Notes under the pieces: model-generated
Database searches by the model: none
Told to the model about the DNA's origin: nothing
Seen by the model: only the letters and a program-made list of their open reading frames with translations
IMG/VR virus record: IMGVR_UViG_3300018757_000030
DNA: 64,000 nucleotides
Direction: 5' to 3' (one strand)
Source: a virus
Shown: positions 42,058-55,305 of the stretch, in pieces
How the letters are laid out: every line of letters begins with the position of its first letter
Position numbering within the stretch: position 1 is the first letter of the stretch
Position numbers and translations under genes: made by a program

Positions 42058-43779
42058 TCAGCCCCAGAGTTTATTCAAGAAATCTTCTTCGGCAAACTCC
42101 GAAACATCTGCACTTTGTTCGTTTATAACCACACGCACCATGGCATTAATGATTGCGGCAATTGGGTCTATCCGATTCGTGGATTTTTCTTTATCCAATT
42201 GAATGTTTTCATTGTGATCTTGCTTCACAATCGCATTACCAACGGCCCATGTAAGGAGTTTATCTCCGTTATGGATCAATCTGCCTGACTTCACGAGCTC
42301 TCTTAGCAGCTTGGTAGGCTCTGAGAGCGTCCGCATTCCCTGCCTGATCTCGACCATGGTAAAACCATCAGTCTCCATCTCCTGAGCGAACTGAGTGGCG
42401 TTGTAAGGGTCATAACAGACTTCCTGAACCGTCCACAGGTTCTCCGCCGCTATCTCCTTGAGTTTTTGCTGTATAAATCTATAGTCAACGACAGCTCCAG
42501 GCGTTACGGTTAACGCGCCCTGCTGAATCGCTAAGTCATAGTCGAATTTGTCAGTTTTCCGCTTTGCCGATAGCGTGTCTTCTGGTATAAAGCTGTGCTG
42601 CCAAACATAAACACGTCCATCTCCAAGAGGAACAACACCGCCGATGCTGGTCAAATCGACTTTCATCGAAAGGTCTACGCCTACATAGCAATCACGTACG
42701 GACAAATCAGGTAACTTCTTTCCTTCACTCGGCCCGCAATCGCGCCATGCATCCATTGGCATATAACCATTCTCCTTCTGATCCACCCAACGGTTCATGT
42801 TCTTGGTCAGGAAGTTTCTCATTTTCTCAGGCACATCAAGTGCCGTCTGAAGTTCTGAACGCAAAAAGGCAATCCCTTCTTCGTATGTGCATACGATCGG
42901 GTTCGCCTTCGGCCAGTTTCGTTCATCTTTTATGTCATCGTCTTTATCCAACTCACAGATCATTACGAAATATTCCTCGTTTTCGATCGGGCTGTTAGGA
43001 TCAACGATATCGGAACAATACTGATACTCAGTGAAGCATGGTTTCGACATGTCAAAACCGGCTGTTGTAATGATAACGAGTAATGGATTCGGCCTTGCAA
43101 CCATACCGGATATCAGAACATCGTATATTTCGCTCGTTTCGTGAACGTGGTATTCATCCACGACCCCCAAACTCGGGTTCTTACCGTCACCAGTTTTACG
43201 AGCTTCCTTGGACAACGGTTGAATCACGCTGCCGCTGCGCAAATGCCGGATCCGACCATAAGAGTCGGTAAACTTCCCCTCAAGCATCTCAACGCCGCGT
43301 ATTTGAGTTAGAATTTCCCCGTATACAATGCTCGATTGCTCTCTGCCCCATCCAGCAATGTAAACTTCGGACTGTTCCGGTGATAGGAAAGCTTCATAAC
43401 TGGCGATTAGCGCAAGCAATTGGGACTTCGCATTCTTCCGCGCCAACTGGATGTAAGCCTTTCGGAACCTTCGAAGGCCGTTGTCACGCCGTTTCCACCC
43501 AAAGATATTGCCAGTTACAAAGAGTTGGAACGGTGTTAACTCGATTGGTTTCCCGGCCAAGACACCTTTACTGTGCTTGAACATCCGAGCCCATCGGTAG
43601 AACCTGTATACTTCATCTATGTCAAAGTAGAACAAGGAATCTTCAGAGTCGCTTTTCTGGATATCCTCAAGGAATCTAGCGCATGCCGACCTATGTTTTC
43701 TGCATGCCACTACCCGACCGTCTACTACATCCTCTGAGTATTGGACAATCGACTCAATCAAGCGTTCGATTTCATTCAT
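42058..43779 (-). CDS. terL: Terminase large subunit
   Basis: Walker A ARKNAKS, Walker B VVDEYH, ITTAG, W.KANP, GVDLS..DLT, RIDPIAA. Confidence 0.96.
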   Translation of the reverse strand: MNEIERLIESIVQYSEDVVDGRVVACRKHRSACARFLEDIQKSDSEDSLFYFDIDEVYRFYRWARMFKHSKGVLAGKPIELTPFQLFVTGNIFGWKRRDNGLRRFRKAYIQLARKNAKSQLLALIASYEAFLSPEQSEVYIAGWGREQSSIVYGEILTQIRGVEMLEGKFTDSYGRIRHLRSGSVIQPLSKEARKTGDGKNPSLGVVDEYHVHETSEIYDVLISGMVARPNPLLVIITTAGFDMSKPCFTEYQYCSDIVDPNSPIENEEYFVMICELDKDDDIKDERNWPKANPIVCTYEEGIAFLRSELQTALDVPEKMRNFLTKNMNRWVDQKENGYMPMDAWRDCGPSEGKKLPDLSVRDCYVGVDLSMKVDLTSIGGVVPLGDGRVYVWQHSFIPEDTLSAKRKTDKFDYDLAIQQGALTVTPGAVVDYRFIQQKLKEIAAENLWTVQEVCYDPYNATQFAQEMETDGFTMVEIRQGMRTLSEPTKLLRELVKSGRLIHNGDKLLTWAVGNAIVKQDHNENIQLDKEKSTNRIDPIAAIINAMVRVVINEQSADVSEFAEEDFLNKLWG

Positions 43780-44282
43780 AACACATCACCAAACATCTTC
43801 TCTTCTGCGGTTTTCGGCTTTTCCTCTGGCTTCTTAGGAACTACCAAACGACACCGAGAACTGATGGTTAGTCCAAGATCGGCAGCAGCCTGTCGGCATT
43901 GTTTAAATAGCTTGTCCTGACTAATGAGCAGCTCACCATAAGACTCATTCGGTATCTTTATGGTTTCACCACTTTTTGTTTCTACATCGACCATTACAGG
44001 TAACGATCGCAGCGATTTATTCACCCTCACATACTGCTCTCGGGCCAACAAAAAACGAGCTAAGGCATCCACATCCAAGTTGGACATGATCTCAATGCGC
44101 ATTAGCTCGTTTGCGATTTCTTCGAATTCAGTTTGTAGCTTTTTGGGAAGGTAGCTCGGTGGCTTAACATTGTCATCCTTTGCCTTTACCTCGCTCTCCA
44201 GGCGCGTTTTGATCTCTTCTTTGGTCAAATGCTTCTTCCCTTTAATCAAAAGCAAATTTAAAGGTTCCCTCTGCCCAGCCAT
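43776..44282 (-). CDS. terS: Terminase small subunit (copy 2)
   Basis: Identical to 827-1333. Confidence 0.9.
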   Translation of the reverse strand: MAGQREPLNLLLIKGKKHLTKEEIKTRLESEVKAKDDNVKPPSYLPKKLQTEFEEIANELMRIEIMSNLDVDALARFLLAREQYVRVNKSLRSLPVMVDVETKSGETIKIPNESYGELLISQDKLFKQCRQAAADLGLTISSRCRLVVPKKPEEKPKTAEEKMFGDVL

Positions 44283-44327
44283 ACCGGACCCTCCTTTCGA
44301 AATTTTTCGTGGGGAACTTTCTTCGCA

Positions 44328-44348
44328 GAAGACGGCGCGCCGGTCTTC
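44328..44348. other. Predicted cosN (copy 2)
   Basis: Identical to 1379-1399. Confidence 0.55.
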
Positions 44349-44614
44349 GGAAGCGTGAATCGAAAATTTTTTTGCCTCCCCCGGTACCCCTCGGCACCTC
44401 CCTCGCCCCCTCCTTTAGTCCTCGCGGACCTCGGAGCAACGCAGTAGTTTGTACAGATAGACGTTGTCATACTCATCAACAACCGTATCAAAGTGTGCAT
44501 TCGCTTCTTCTGGTGTCTTGAAGTATTCCATCTTGGCGTATGGATCCTTGTCGTTACTCATACTCACTGCATAAGTTGATGGATGCTCACTGATATCCGT
44601 TGACTTCTCCATTA

Positions 44615-44968
44615 CTACTCACCCTTTCCATGTACTTTGTTATGACATGCATTGCATAGGCTTATCAGGTTGCTTAACACTACTCTTAGTATCCAGTGTG
44701 TCTTCAGTGGCTTGATGTGGTGCACCATGTCTGCTGTTGTCACACGATTATCTTTTAAACAATGCTGACATAAGCCATGGTCTCTTATCAGTACAGCTTT
44801 CCGGGCTCTTTGCCACTCTAAACTGTGGTAAAATTCCGTTGCTTTTTTATCTCGTATATGTTGATCATAGTATCGGTTGCTGTCTCTCCTGTGTGTGTCA
44901 CAGTAACCATCAGATGTTAGCTCTCTACATCCTGGCTTGTTACATGGCCTTAATGGTTTAGTCGGCAT
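44615..44968 (-). CDS. Packaging HNH endonuclease (copy 2)
   Basis: Identical to 1666-2019. Confidence 0.9.
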   Translation of the reverse strand: MPTKPLRPCNKPGCRELTSDGYCDTHRRDSNRYYDQHIRDKKATEFYHSLEWQRARKAVLIRDHGLCQHCLKDNRVTTADMVHHIKPLKTHWILRVVLSNLISLCNACHNKVHGKGE

Positions 44969-45978
44969 ATATGTTTAACCTCAGCCGATCATTGTATCGT
45001 TTTGCCCACCTAATTGCGTTGGGAATGTCGATGTGAGTTTTGCCGTAACATGTGTGCAGCATTATCTCAGAATCCGATACAAAACCTCGCCACCAAATTT
45101 CGCCCAATTTTAGGTACCCATCTTGTTGGAAGTATTCTTGGTCAACATATCCCCGGACCTGTTCCTCAAGTTCTCGCCATCCTATCGGCTCTACTCTTTC
45201 GCAATACCGATCATAGGCGTGTCGGTCTATCCGTATTTCCCTTTCAATGGTCATTCTCTCCTCTCTCCTAAAACTTATTTTTATTCCTTTTGTTGAACTT
45301 ATATTGGCTTACGATCTGGTATGCAAATGAAACTATCCCCAAAAATAAAAACACCATCCACGCTATTGATTGGATGGTCTCAGGAAGCACAAACACTATT
45401 ACTCGTTCCATTCTCATATCCCTTTCTTTTTAAGTCGTTTTCGCTTTACCTTGTACACCAACGCGCCAATCAAATAGTAAATAGTCGCAATAATTAACAC
45501 CACTGCAACGATAGCAATCCCTCCCCAAAAAGGGGTCGTTACCCACCACCAAGACCAGTCAATAACGCCAGTTAGCTTCAGAACCACAAACGCAACACCT
45601 AGAAGCCCCAGAACGCCAATACCACCACTATTTGTATTGCTTGTTTGTTCTCTCATGATTACACCTCCTTTCAAGGCAATAAAAAAAGCCGCCTTTCGGC
45701 GACTAATTGCTTACCATTGTACAATTGAGTTGTCATTTTCATATTCAGGAGCTGGCTCTATGCTATCAGGTGCATTAGATACTGACATATGCGTAATATT
45801 TGAAGTTTTAATATAATCGTTCCCTATCTTGACCCATTCTTCAGTTTGCAACTTGTGCAAAATCGTCGAATCACAATCAAGGTATAGTTGCTTATCTCCT
45901 ATAAAATAAATTGATACCTTCATACAATTCACCTCCTTGATGTTGTTTTCCACATCAAGCGGCGATATCCTTTATTCT

Positions 45979-46839
45979 CCGACACTTTCTTACATGGATG
46001 AACGCTGTTTAATGGGCACAGCGTCCGAAGCCTTTGCATGCCACCTACTTATGAGTAAATGGCGATGTGGACAAGGGCCATTCTCCCTTGTATAGTGAGC
46101 AGTTGCAGACACTCACCTTGAGCACCTGGATCGAACAGGTCGCTACCCCTGACCCTAGCGTCTCTCTTCCGCCACCACATCATGCAAGGTCGCAGGTTCA
46201 CCGCGTCGCGCTCCTAGGCTTCCCTGTCGTTATCGCGCTTCTACTGACCTTCTATACATCTGCAGGCTGTTAGTTCCTCATTTACACCTCATTTAACCAT
46301 GAGCCTCGCTATCATGGCACCTGCATCAAAACCGGAAGCCACATTACGGCACCAGATACCTTTTCTGCTACTTGGCAGATAGGCCACACCGTTCCCTTAA
46401 TCCTGACAAGCCAACGGTCTAAAACTAAATCAGGATACATGTGTTTTTTACTCACTCACATGTAAGCGTCTGGGTGATCTCCAGCAAGCGATGTATGTGA
46501 TGCGCTCCGGGCGTAACCGGTGTTCACCCCAGCCTTTCTGTTTGGCAGAGTGTGCCCGGCAGCGCTATTCACCAAAGTTAGCCTCAGGGCAGATCCTTTC
46601 CTCCCAGGTGTGGGACTTGTCCTTCGAGAGCTTTCGCAGTCTTGTGACATTCCCGTTTTCCTCACCCTGGTCCTCATTCAGAGGCCCGATCTGTTTTATC
46701 CCCTCTCGGCTATATGTGAAGTAGCCCGGGCGAGCCCAGTCTACGATCCACCAATGTCAGGACACCGAGATCGTGCCGTATAGTTATCTCGATGCCCCTT
46801 CACCCGTATTAGGGATCCGCTAGGATCTTTCACCACAAA
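45979..46839 (-). ncRNA. Candidate large structured ncRNA (copy 2)
   Basis: Identical to 3030-3890. Confidence 0.7.
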
Positions 46840-46921
46840 TAAAAAAGGCCGGCTATTTGCCGACCTGATACTAAGGCATTCATGCCTCTATGGTGTCCTT
46901 TACTCGATATCCCATGATACA

Positions 46922-46976
46922 ACTATAACACGGTTATTTCCTAATGATCTGCCAATAGTCTGCCAAGTTCCTGCCA
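46922..46976 (-). promoter_or_regulatory. Late promoter with TGGCAG repeats (copy 2)
   Basis: Identical to 3973-4027. Confidence 0.7.
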
Positions 46977-46986
46977 CTATTTTATT

Positions 46987-47457
46987 TCATGCCGTTTCCT
47001 CACCAATGAAAACTTCCAAGCGCATTGCAAATGCCATTTTGTATAATGCCCGTGACTTCCTCCGGTAATAACTGCGTTCAGACAATGCCAGCTCGTTGTA
47101 CACGTTGAAATCAAGCGCATCCTCTTCTAAGTATCTCATGCTGATTATGTCTCTTTCCATGCGGCTTAGGCCCCTTAGAGCAGCGTTTACACGGTCATAG
47201 GCTTGCCTCAGGCGTGCTTCTGTGTCTACGTTGAAAATAGCGACATTCTCGATCTGGTTGGACGTGGTGTTAGTGGCTCCGTGATAGCGAGGTTCATATG
47301 ATGGGGTTTGTTGCGTTTCTCTACGGACGAATCCGACTGTTTTATATATTCTGGCCCGTTCCAATTCTTGTTCCACTCTGCGGCGAGTCTCTTCACGGTT
47401 GATTTCCATTAGCGCCAGTTGGAACACGTCTCTTGCTTCTGCTCTCAACGTATTCAC
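46987..47457 (-). CDS. arpU: ArpU-family activator (copy 2)
   Basis: Identical to 4038-4508. Confidence 0.88.
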   Translation of the reverse strand: MNTLRAEARDVFQLALMEINREETRRRVEQELERARIYKTVGFVRRETQQTPSYEPRYHGATNTTSNQIENVAIFNVDTEARLRQAYDRVNAALRGLSRMERDIISMRYLEEDALDFNVYNELALSERSYYRRKSRALYKMAFAMRLEVFIGEETA

Positions 47458-50400
47458 CCCTTATTTGTACTGATTTACACGGTTCTGGTATATATTACCC
47501 GTATATTTTACCATATCTTTGTACTTATCTACATACTTTACGCTATTCGTCAGTCGTTATACCGGCAATTTGTTCTAGATCGGTATAAAGCAACTTAGTC
47601 TTGGCCTCGTTTTTTGTGGTCCACTTCAAGTTTGTCATCCTTCCAGAGAGTTGATTCGTATGGATTTCTAAACTTTCAGCTTCAAACGTCATTGTCTGTC
47701 CTGATTTAAGATATACATTCACTTTCACGGCATTAGCCCCCTATATAATCAAATAAGTCCGTTTGCCCTTCCTTCACACTCTCTGTTGAGTCGCATATCA
47801 GACCGTCCTCAAGCCATTTAGCAGGAGCTTCGTATAGATAGTGAGGCCATACCCTTTCCCCTGCTCTATGACGCTTAGGATCGATTTCTTCGGCCTTTTG
47901 CGTCCATGTCCAGTAGCTTTGTGCTTTCACCTTGCTCATTAAGAAAAATCACCTTCTATCAGGTCATAAGTCCCGTTTGTACGCTTTGCTCTATATCGGT
48001 GCGCGATTAAACCATTTAATCCTTCCTCGCTTTGGTTTTGATTGTGGAAGTGCTCCCAAGAGTTATATCCGTAAGGTTTTTTCTCAAGTGGTATCTTTCC
48101 TTTACGATTTGTTATGATATCTATCATTTCATCTGCCTCGATACGTTTCCCATATTCATTTTCAATGTGGTATTCATCCGACTCCCAAAGAGCTATCCAA
48201 TCTTCCAGGCTGTTAATTTTCATTTCTGGAATGATATGCAATGCAAAATGCCATCCAGCACTAGATTTGCCAATGTGTAATGGTTCATCTGTCCGACCGC
48301 AGCACGGGCATTCTTTACCGTGAAGATAATAATTTGTTCCCAAAAATTAAACCTCCCTAATAACCATTGATGTATTCGGACAACCATTTCTTTAAGTCTA
48401 TTTCTGCTTTAGTTAATACATATCCATAGTCGCAATGCTGCACATCAACAATCAAGTCACCTTCGGTTAAGGTTCTTCTCTTTTCGATAGTGACACGCCA
48501 ATCAATGATACTTGAATGGTATATTTCCATTCTTAAACCTAATCTCGTTGCGTGGCGTTCATAAACTTCAAACAGGGCTGTTAAGGTGTTAGGTGTCACT
48601 GTTATTCCTCCTAATAGCCGCCGTTGTTTTCAGACAACCATTCTTTTAGTTCAACTTCTGCTTTTGCTAAGGCATATTTATAATCACAATGTTGCACATC
48701 AACGATTAAATCACCTTCTGTTAAGGTTTTTCGCTTTTCAATCGTTATGCGCCAATCAACAATGCTGGAGTGGTAAATTTCCATTCTCAAGCCCAATCCT
48801 GCGGCGTGCTGATCGTAGGTTTCAAACAGGTCGGTCATTCTGTTTCCTCCCCTGGAAGGTTGATGAAGTGTGCGTTCAGTATCTTAGCGTGCAATTTAAC
48901 CACTTCGTCCGCACTGTCCAATACAGCGTATTCCACTGCTATTTGATCTCCATCCCACAAGAACGTTTCCCATCCCCATTTTTCAAAATGAGCATTTGCG
49001 AACTTTCTGAAGCAGCTTGATATCCGTTTGCTGTCATTGATTCTTGTATGGATCGTTGTTCTGTCTGGTTTATTGGATAAATCTATACCGGTGATCATGC
49101 TTCTTCCTCCTCTAATACTGCCGGTTTGGTTTCCTCCTTTGGGTAAAGGGAATCAAGAACGTCAGCTAAATACCTTGTCACAACGTCTAGTGCATTACCT
49201 GGATCTCCCCAAGCTGCCTTTTCGTTGATTGCTGTTTCAATTGCAACCCTCATCTTATGCTCATTTTCCTTGGATTCATTAAGCTCGCGCTCCAACCTCT
49301 TCTGTGCCCTTTCAAGTGTTTCAATAAGCCATGATGATCGCTTTAGTTCGTTGTTAAGCTCCTCGATCTTATATTTCCGTTTCATACTTCGTTCCAACAG
49401 GTCCTCATTTTCATCGTTGATACGGGATATTTCTTCATTTGAGATTCTAATATCAGCATTCAAGCTTTCAGCTAATGACTTGTATTCGTCGCATTCTTCT
49501 TTCAATTCTGCGTATTGTTGGAGCCAGTAAATCCCCACATCCAGCACATCAGATTTAATGCTCATGATCTGCCAACGTTCTCTTTCGAGCGTTAGGTGTT
49601 CCATATCCTTTTGCCAGTCTCTACTCATTCCACTACCTCCCCCAAAATGTGCTTCGCAAATTCCTCAGATACTACGACTTTCCTTTCTCCTTTGCACGTA
49701 GTACATACACATTGCAGAGGTAAACCATTATCTATTTCAAGTCCCCAACCTGATCCTTCGCAATCGTAGCAGTCTATTTCTCTCATTCAACTACCTCCAA
49801 ATCCTTGACAGACACATCGAAATTACCTTTGTTTGTTGATATTTCGATTACCTGCTCTCCATAACCAACAGCAGTCCCTTCGCCCAAGTCACTGTGTATC
49901 ACCTTATCTCCCGGCTTAATGGTGGGTACTGGTGGGGTGTCTATGGCAAGGACACCAGATTCAATTGCTCTTTCCAATGCGTTGAATACGTCTTTTGTGT
50001 CGTAATACTCTTTCTCATTCAAAGCGATCCAGTCCAGTAGCTTCTGTGTATCTGTTGGCTTTACTTTGTTATTCATATCCACCCTCCATTCAATCTACAA
50101 TGGCAAGCGCATAGAATTCTTTTGTTCTATGGTCTAGGGCCAATTCCAATTTCTCGACATGATAGCCTCTATCCTCAAGGTAGTTCTGAATGGCTTCGCT
50201 CAATGCTCTTTCGTCAAGTTTGATTTGTTTCATCTTTTCTTCTTCCTCTCTAAAGGGATAAAGCTTTATACGGCCCCCGGCTTCGCCTGGGATTATTCGG
50301 TCGTTGTCGGAGGCCTTCGGCCAATTAATCCTCCATCATCTCTTTTACATATTCATACTGCTCCTGTGTGATTTCGATATTTACTGGCTCGTAATGTTCA

Positions 50401-51610
50401 CATACTGCTTCAAAATCCAGGGATATAAAAGGATTAGGCCCAAACTTCTTAATTAGTGCTTGTTTCCATTCGGCGTGAAACTGTTTGTGTCCCTCGAAAT
50501 CCTCCATCGTAGGCTTAGCGTGATCGTTGCGAATGATCATGTAAGCGTTCTGAATGTCCTTTAGTGTTACGTCCCAATTTTCATCTTCAAAGTCACCGAC
50601 ATCTGCGCTTGCTGCCAGATACCTTTCTGGATTAGTCTTATTTCTCAATACCATTACAGGAATCTTATTCATCGTATTTCCTCCTTTGGTTTTGCGGCAT
50701 AGCCGCCATCGATTAAGGACACGTACAGTACATTCCCGGTCTATCGCAATAAGGGCAAAATTCTACAAGTTCCATTTCGGGTTCAATGCGCCGGCATGAT
50801 TTACAGTAATAGGATTCAGGATTTCCACCATCGTCTCGGGTGGATTCGGTTTCGGCCCAGCAGCATTTTGTTAAATAACGATCCATGGTTATGCTCCTTT
50901 GGTTAGTGGGGGAGGGGTAGCCTCCCCTGGGGTTAACACTCAATGTATTCGCTTTTAGATCCGCATTTTTTACACTCGACTATGTGGATGTAATAGCCGC
51001 CATCAACATGACCGTCACTATACGCTTCGCACTGGATTGTTCTATACCCAATGCCACCGTAAAACTCGTGTTTATTTCCACACTCGCACGTACACTCTTT
51101 GTCTCGGAATGCCCCTGTGCATTTAGAGTTCATCCGGATCTCCCATAATCTCATGTGGGTACAGTTGATCTTTGATCAGGTGATATGCATCTGTACGATC
51201 GTATAAAGGAGCATATCTATACCGTTTATCATCATTTGTTCCTCGGCCTGCTAATGCGATATGTCGGAATGCAGATGGCTTTTCTCGGCCGCTGCTCAGG
51301 ATCGGGACACCCAATTCATTGCACCGGCTTCTAGTAAGTAGGACAGCAAATCGATATGGTGTATCGGTCCAGCGTTTAGAAATTGAGTTGTAGTAAGGTA
51401 ATCCCGTTTCTAAAACCTCTTCTTTCGTGTACCAGCCTTTTTTATTCGGCATCGTCTTCATCCTCCATCAGTTCAATGTCCGGGTGGTTCGGCGGATAAA
51501 CTCTCCATTTTCTTGCCTGGGCACGCTCATACTGATACATAGCCTCTTCTTCTCGCCATTCGTCTCTATGGTTTTCGTATGGGTCTTTCACGTCTTATCC
51601 CTCCTTGGGT

Positions 51611-52099
51611 TTATAGGGCTTCCCTAGCGCGTTGGCCGCCGTCCTTGTCGATTGCTACGATTGGACCCCAGTCAGTTTCGGTAATCGCCACTTTGTAATT
51701 TTCTTCGTCCGCATAAAACCTTAGCGCTTCATCCTTGCGCTCGATCTCCATTCTCAGTCGCTCATTCTCTTTTCTAAACTGTGCGGCAAGCTTTTCTTGC
51801 TTTAAATACTGCTTATCCGCGTTACAAAAAGCTTTTTCCCATCGCTTGGATTCTTGTTCCTTGCGTTCGATCTCTTGTAATAGGTATGTGATGTATTCCG
51901 GGGCTTTGGCGATAAAGTGTGCATTCCCCTCATAGTTCTCCATGGGTTCTTCGGACTTATACCAGAGCTGGCATATCCAGTTGTCTGCAGATGCGCCTTT
52001 CGCACTCACTTTAGCTCCGGAATTATGGACGTACGCTTCCCACGGTCCCGGCGTTGCTTTTAATAGCACTTCTTTTATCTCTTGGATTTTATCCGACAT
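51611..52099 (-). CDS. Ead/Ea22-like protein (copy 2)
   Basis: Identical to 8662-9150. Confidence 0.7.
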   Translation of the reverse strand: MSDKIQEIKEVLLKATPGPWEAYVHNSGAKVSAKGASADNWICQLWYKSEEPMENYEGNAHFIAKAPEYITYLLQEIERKEQESKRWEKAFCNADKQYLKQEKLAAQFRKENERLRMEIERKDEALRFYADEENYKVAITETDWGPIVAIDKDGGQRAREAL

Positions 52100-52634
52100 G
52101 TCTCCACACCTTTCTCGATCTTATCCGCTCTATCGTTGACTTAGAAACGAGGTATTTAGCCGAAATCTCCTTTGTAGTTTTTCCGATGCTTAACATGTGT
52201 TGTATTTCTTTAACTTCGGCTTCTTTCAGTTTTGAACTTCCGTTTCTCGAGCCCTTAGCTGTCATGCCATGCTTTTCTCTGTCTTTGGCATTTTCTTTTC
52301 TCGTACCCCAACACAAATTATCTTTGTTATTGTTCGTCCTGTTTCCATCCAAATGTCTGATTTCGTGATTAGGTGAAGGTCTCAAAGGTAAAAATGCATC
52401 AGCTACTAATTTGTGAACTAGGTGTCTTTTAGACCTACCGTTGATTGTGATATTCACCCTGTTGTAACCGTGTGAATTTTGTATTTGCTTAAGACACCTG
52501 ATTCCATAGCCCCTCCAATTACTCGTTGAAATAACCTCTCCTTTTGGTGTTATAAAGTAGCCTGGAGCTCCTTTTATTTCCGTTGCTGCCGCCAGCGCTG
52601 CTTTTATCTCGTCTATCTTGTTCTGTTCGCTCAT
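52089..52634 (-). CDS. HNH homing-type endonuclease (copy 2)
   Basis: Identical to 9140-9685. Confidence 0.85.
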   Translation of the reverse strand: MSEQNKIDEIKAALAAATEIKGAPGYFITPKGEVISTSNWRGYGIRCLKQIQNSHGYNRVNITINGRSKRHLVHKLVADAFLPLRPSPNHEIRHLDGNRTNNNKDNLCWGTRKENAKDREKHGMTAKGSRNGSSKLKEAEVKEIQHMLSIGKTTKEISAKYLVSKSTIERIRSRKVWRHVG

Positions 52635-53651
52635 TGTTATCTGCCCTCCATAGGCTCATTTAATCTAAATGGAGCTTCACCTTTGACCATTTTCTTTGCA
52701 AATGCCCTTACTTCTCCCGGATGCATATCCATTGGCATCTGTGTCATGACTTCCCAACCTTCGTTCAAGCGTTCAATCTGCTGGATTAACCATTTCACCT
52801 CGGTTATCTCCGATTCAGCAAGCGGTTCTCCTTCTTGTGCTGCGCCCCACCATAATTTGTTGAATTCCAATCTCGTTGAGAAATCGTCATCCTTGACGTT
52901 TACTATCTCCATCCGTTATCTCTCCTTATGGGCTATTGTGGGGCTTATACAGCCCCTATACCGTTACTTTGGATTCGATGTATTGCTTATAGGCTTTCAT
53001 GTGTTCTGAATGGTAATAATCAGCAATGATGACTGTTTGTTTGTACATCCTCGATCTCTCCTTTGATCTTTTCAGCTGCTTCATTAACCTTGTCTTGCCA
53101 CCGTTGCAACCCTTCGTATCCTGGCCCTATATTGGACACGCATTCCTGACGTAAAGGGCAGCCGCCGCAATTCTTGGCGTAGTTTTCTGAGCATATGTCT
53201 AATGCTGCTTGTGAGAGAGTTGTCATCCGTTATCTCTCCTTATATGGGGTATGGGGGTTAATGAAGACTAACCGAGAAACTAGCTACGACCTCGCCGTAT
53301 ACATTGGCCGAACCTCTTATATGACCTTTCGATAAGGCACATGGCTTATAATTTTCGTAAAGAGTTGGCCATCTTTCTTTGTGGTCAGCCGTTATATATG
53401 CCCATACCTTGAAATCCTCCGCATGCTTATCTGGATTGTCCTCACAGCCGCCGTTATACCAATCTTCCTCAATCGCCTTTTCCAGTTCCGATTCACTATC
53501 AGAAACGATGTATTCTGCTCCGTATCTGCTGTACAAGAGGTACAATTCATCCCATTCTTCAACCTTCGGTAATTCGCTTTTGATGTATCTCATAGCTTCT
53601 AAGATTGATTCAAAAACCTGCATCCTTTATCGCTCCTTTGGGGTTAATGGG

Positions 53652-54074
53652 TTAATAGCCGGTGCTGCCAAAGCCGCCTGTGCCGCGCTCAGTTGATGTA
53701 AGATCATCAGTCTCAACCAAGTTCGCTCTTACCACTGGAGCAATTACACCTTGAGCAATTCGCATTCCCATAGGTATTAGATCTTTTTCGTCCCCGATGT
53801 TATCAACGATGATTCCGATCTCTCCGCGATATCCTGAATCAACAGTTCCGAATTGCACTCTTAATTTCGAATGAAGCGTGAATCCGGATCGAGGTCGAAT
53901 CTGTAATTCATAGCCTTCAGGTAATTCAAAAGCCAGACCTGTTTGGATTAGTTTTGTTTCCCCTGGCATAATGAAATTTGTATCAATCGACAACAGGTCA
54001 AAGCCACTATCACCAGGTTTTGCATAGGCCGGGATCACTGCGTTAGGGTGAACTTTCTTGATTTTTACGTTCAT
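53652..54074 (-). CDS. dut: dUTPase (copy 2)
   Basis: Identical to 10703-11125. Confidence 0.95.
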   Translation of the reverse strand: MNVKIKKVHPNAVIPAYAKPGDSGFDLLSIDTNFIMPGETKLIQTGLAFELPEGYELQIRPRSGFTLHSKLRVQFGTVDSGYRGEIGIIVDNIGDEKDLIPMGMRIAQGVIAPVVRANLVETDDLTSTERGTGGFGSTGY

Positions 54075-54158
54075 ATTTACCTCCATAATTTGTATTTGAT
54101 GGAACACCAGTTTGGTTTGATGGGTGTAACAGGGTAACGGAAGAATTGCTATTGGTTC

Positions 54159-54683
54159 TTATGCTCTTTTCCGTTTGCTCTCTGACGGGCCTAGAATCGC
54201 CTCTATTACATCTTTCTGGTACTCAGTCATAGTTGACCCGGTTTGTACTGATCGAGCAACCTGGGCCAAAACAAACGCATCTCGCACGTTGTTAGATTCA
54301 TGTTCGAATCCCCATAGTCGATTTATTGGGAGAATCATGTTTTCTTTCTTGGTTGTTCCCTTGCCGGTTGCGAACTTTTTTACCTGGGTCGGCGACACTT
54401 CAATCCATTTCATGTCCTGCCGGTAAAGCTCCAGTCTGATTGCATGGCCTAAGCCAAATTGAAAGTCGATTCCTTTTCCCTTGGATCCGAAGCTAAATCC
54501 TTCAACCGCGATCACATCGCCCAGTTCCAAATTGTCGAATATGGTTTCTACGATCTCGCATATCTTCACAGTCTTGTCATTGGTATCTGGAGCAATTTCG
54601 AAACCATCCAGGTAATTCCCGTTCCGATCTAAGATCACAACTCCCGTTTCGCCGCTTGGATCGATGCCTACGTATCTTGTCAT
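54159..54683 (-). CDS. RuvC-like resolvase (copy 2)
   Basis: Identical to 11210-11734. Confidence 0.85.
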   Translation of the reverse strand: MTRYVGIDPSGETGVVILDRNGNYLDGFEIAPDTNDKTVKICEIVETIFDNLELGDVIAVEGFSFGSKGKGIDFQFGLGHAIRLELYRQDMKWIEVSPTQVKKFATGKGTTKKENMILPINRLWGFEHESNNVRDAFVLAQVARSVQTGSTMTEYQKDVIEAILGPSESKRKRA

Positions 54684-55305
54684 TTCGCCCGTCCCCTATC
54701 TTTATGGTCTAGTACATAGCGTTGACCCCGTATTATCAGAACTGTTGGTTTGCCATTCTTTACTTTGGCGATAGTAGCAGCTGGTCTGTACGGTTGGCCT
54801 TTCTCGAATACCTTTTTCATACGCTCACCCGCCATAAACTTGGTTTATTGTTGCCTTCGTTCTCACGCCGTTCTGCTATTTGATCGATCATATCCACTAT
54901 CTTGTTGCGAATATAATCTCTACGGTAAGGAGCTGGTACGCCGAACATGGTGGCCTCTTCTGACGCTTTAGCAATCATCCGATCGGCACTTTGTAGGTGC
55001 TGAAATATATGCCATTCCCAAGCCCCAAATATTTCATCCATCACCGGCTCATGATTTTTTTGTTTACGACCCATTGCGCACTCACTCCCAGGCGTTTTAT
55101 AGCTTCCATAGCTGCATGCTTCCTACAGTCAAAGTCAAGTTCACAGTTCATAATGATCTCAATGAGTTCAGCGTCTTTCTTGCTCTCCATGACGTTCACT
55201 TTGGTTTTCCTCCTCCCACCGTAAGCATTCACGTCCCCGGCGCATGAATTCTTCAAAGTCTTCATCGATCAAGTTGTAATCATCGATTGGTTTCATATCG
55301 TCTCC

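Larger units (their letters stand above)
1..42949. mobile_element. Complete temperate siphovirus genome unit (42,949 bp, circularly permuted), probable Paenibacillus-type host
   Basis: Full module set: int/attP, repressor/cro, replication, ArpU, HNH/cos/terS/terL, portal, protease, HK97 capsid, tail, TMP, lysis. Sequence restarts at 42950. Host inferred from the groEL-type att core and the Cu-amine-oxidase-N-like secreted protein. Confidence 0.95.
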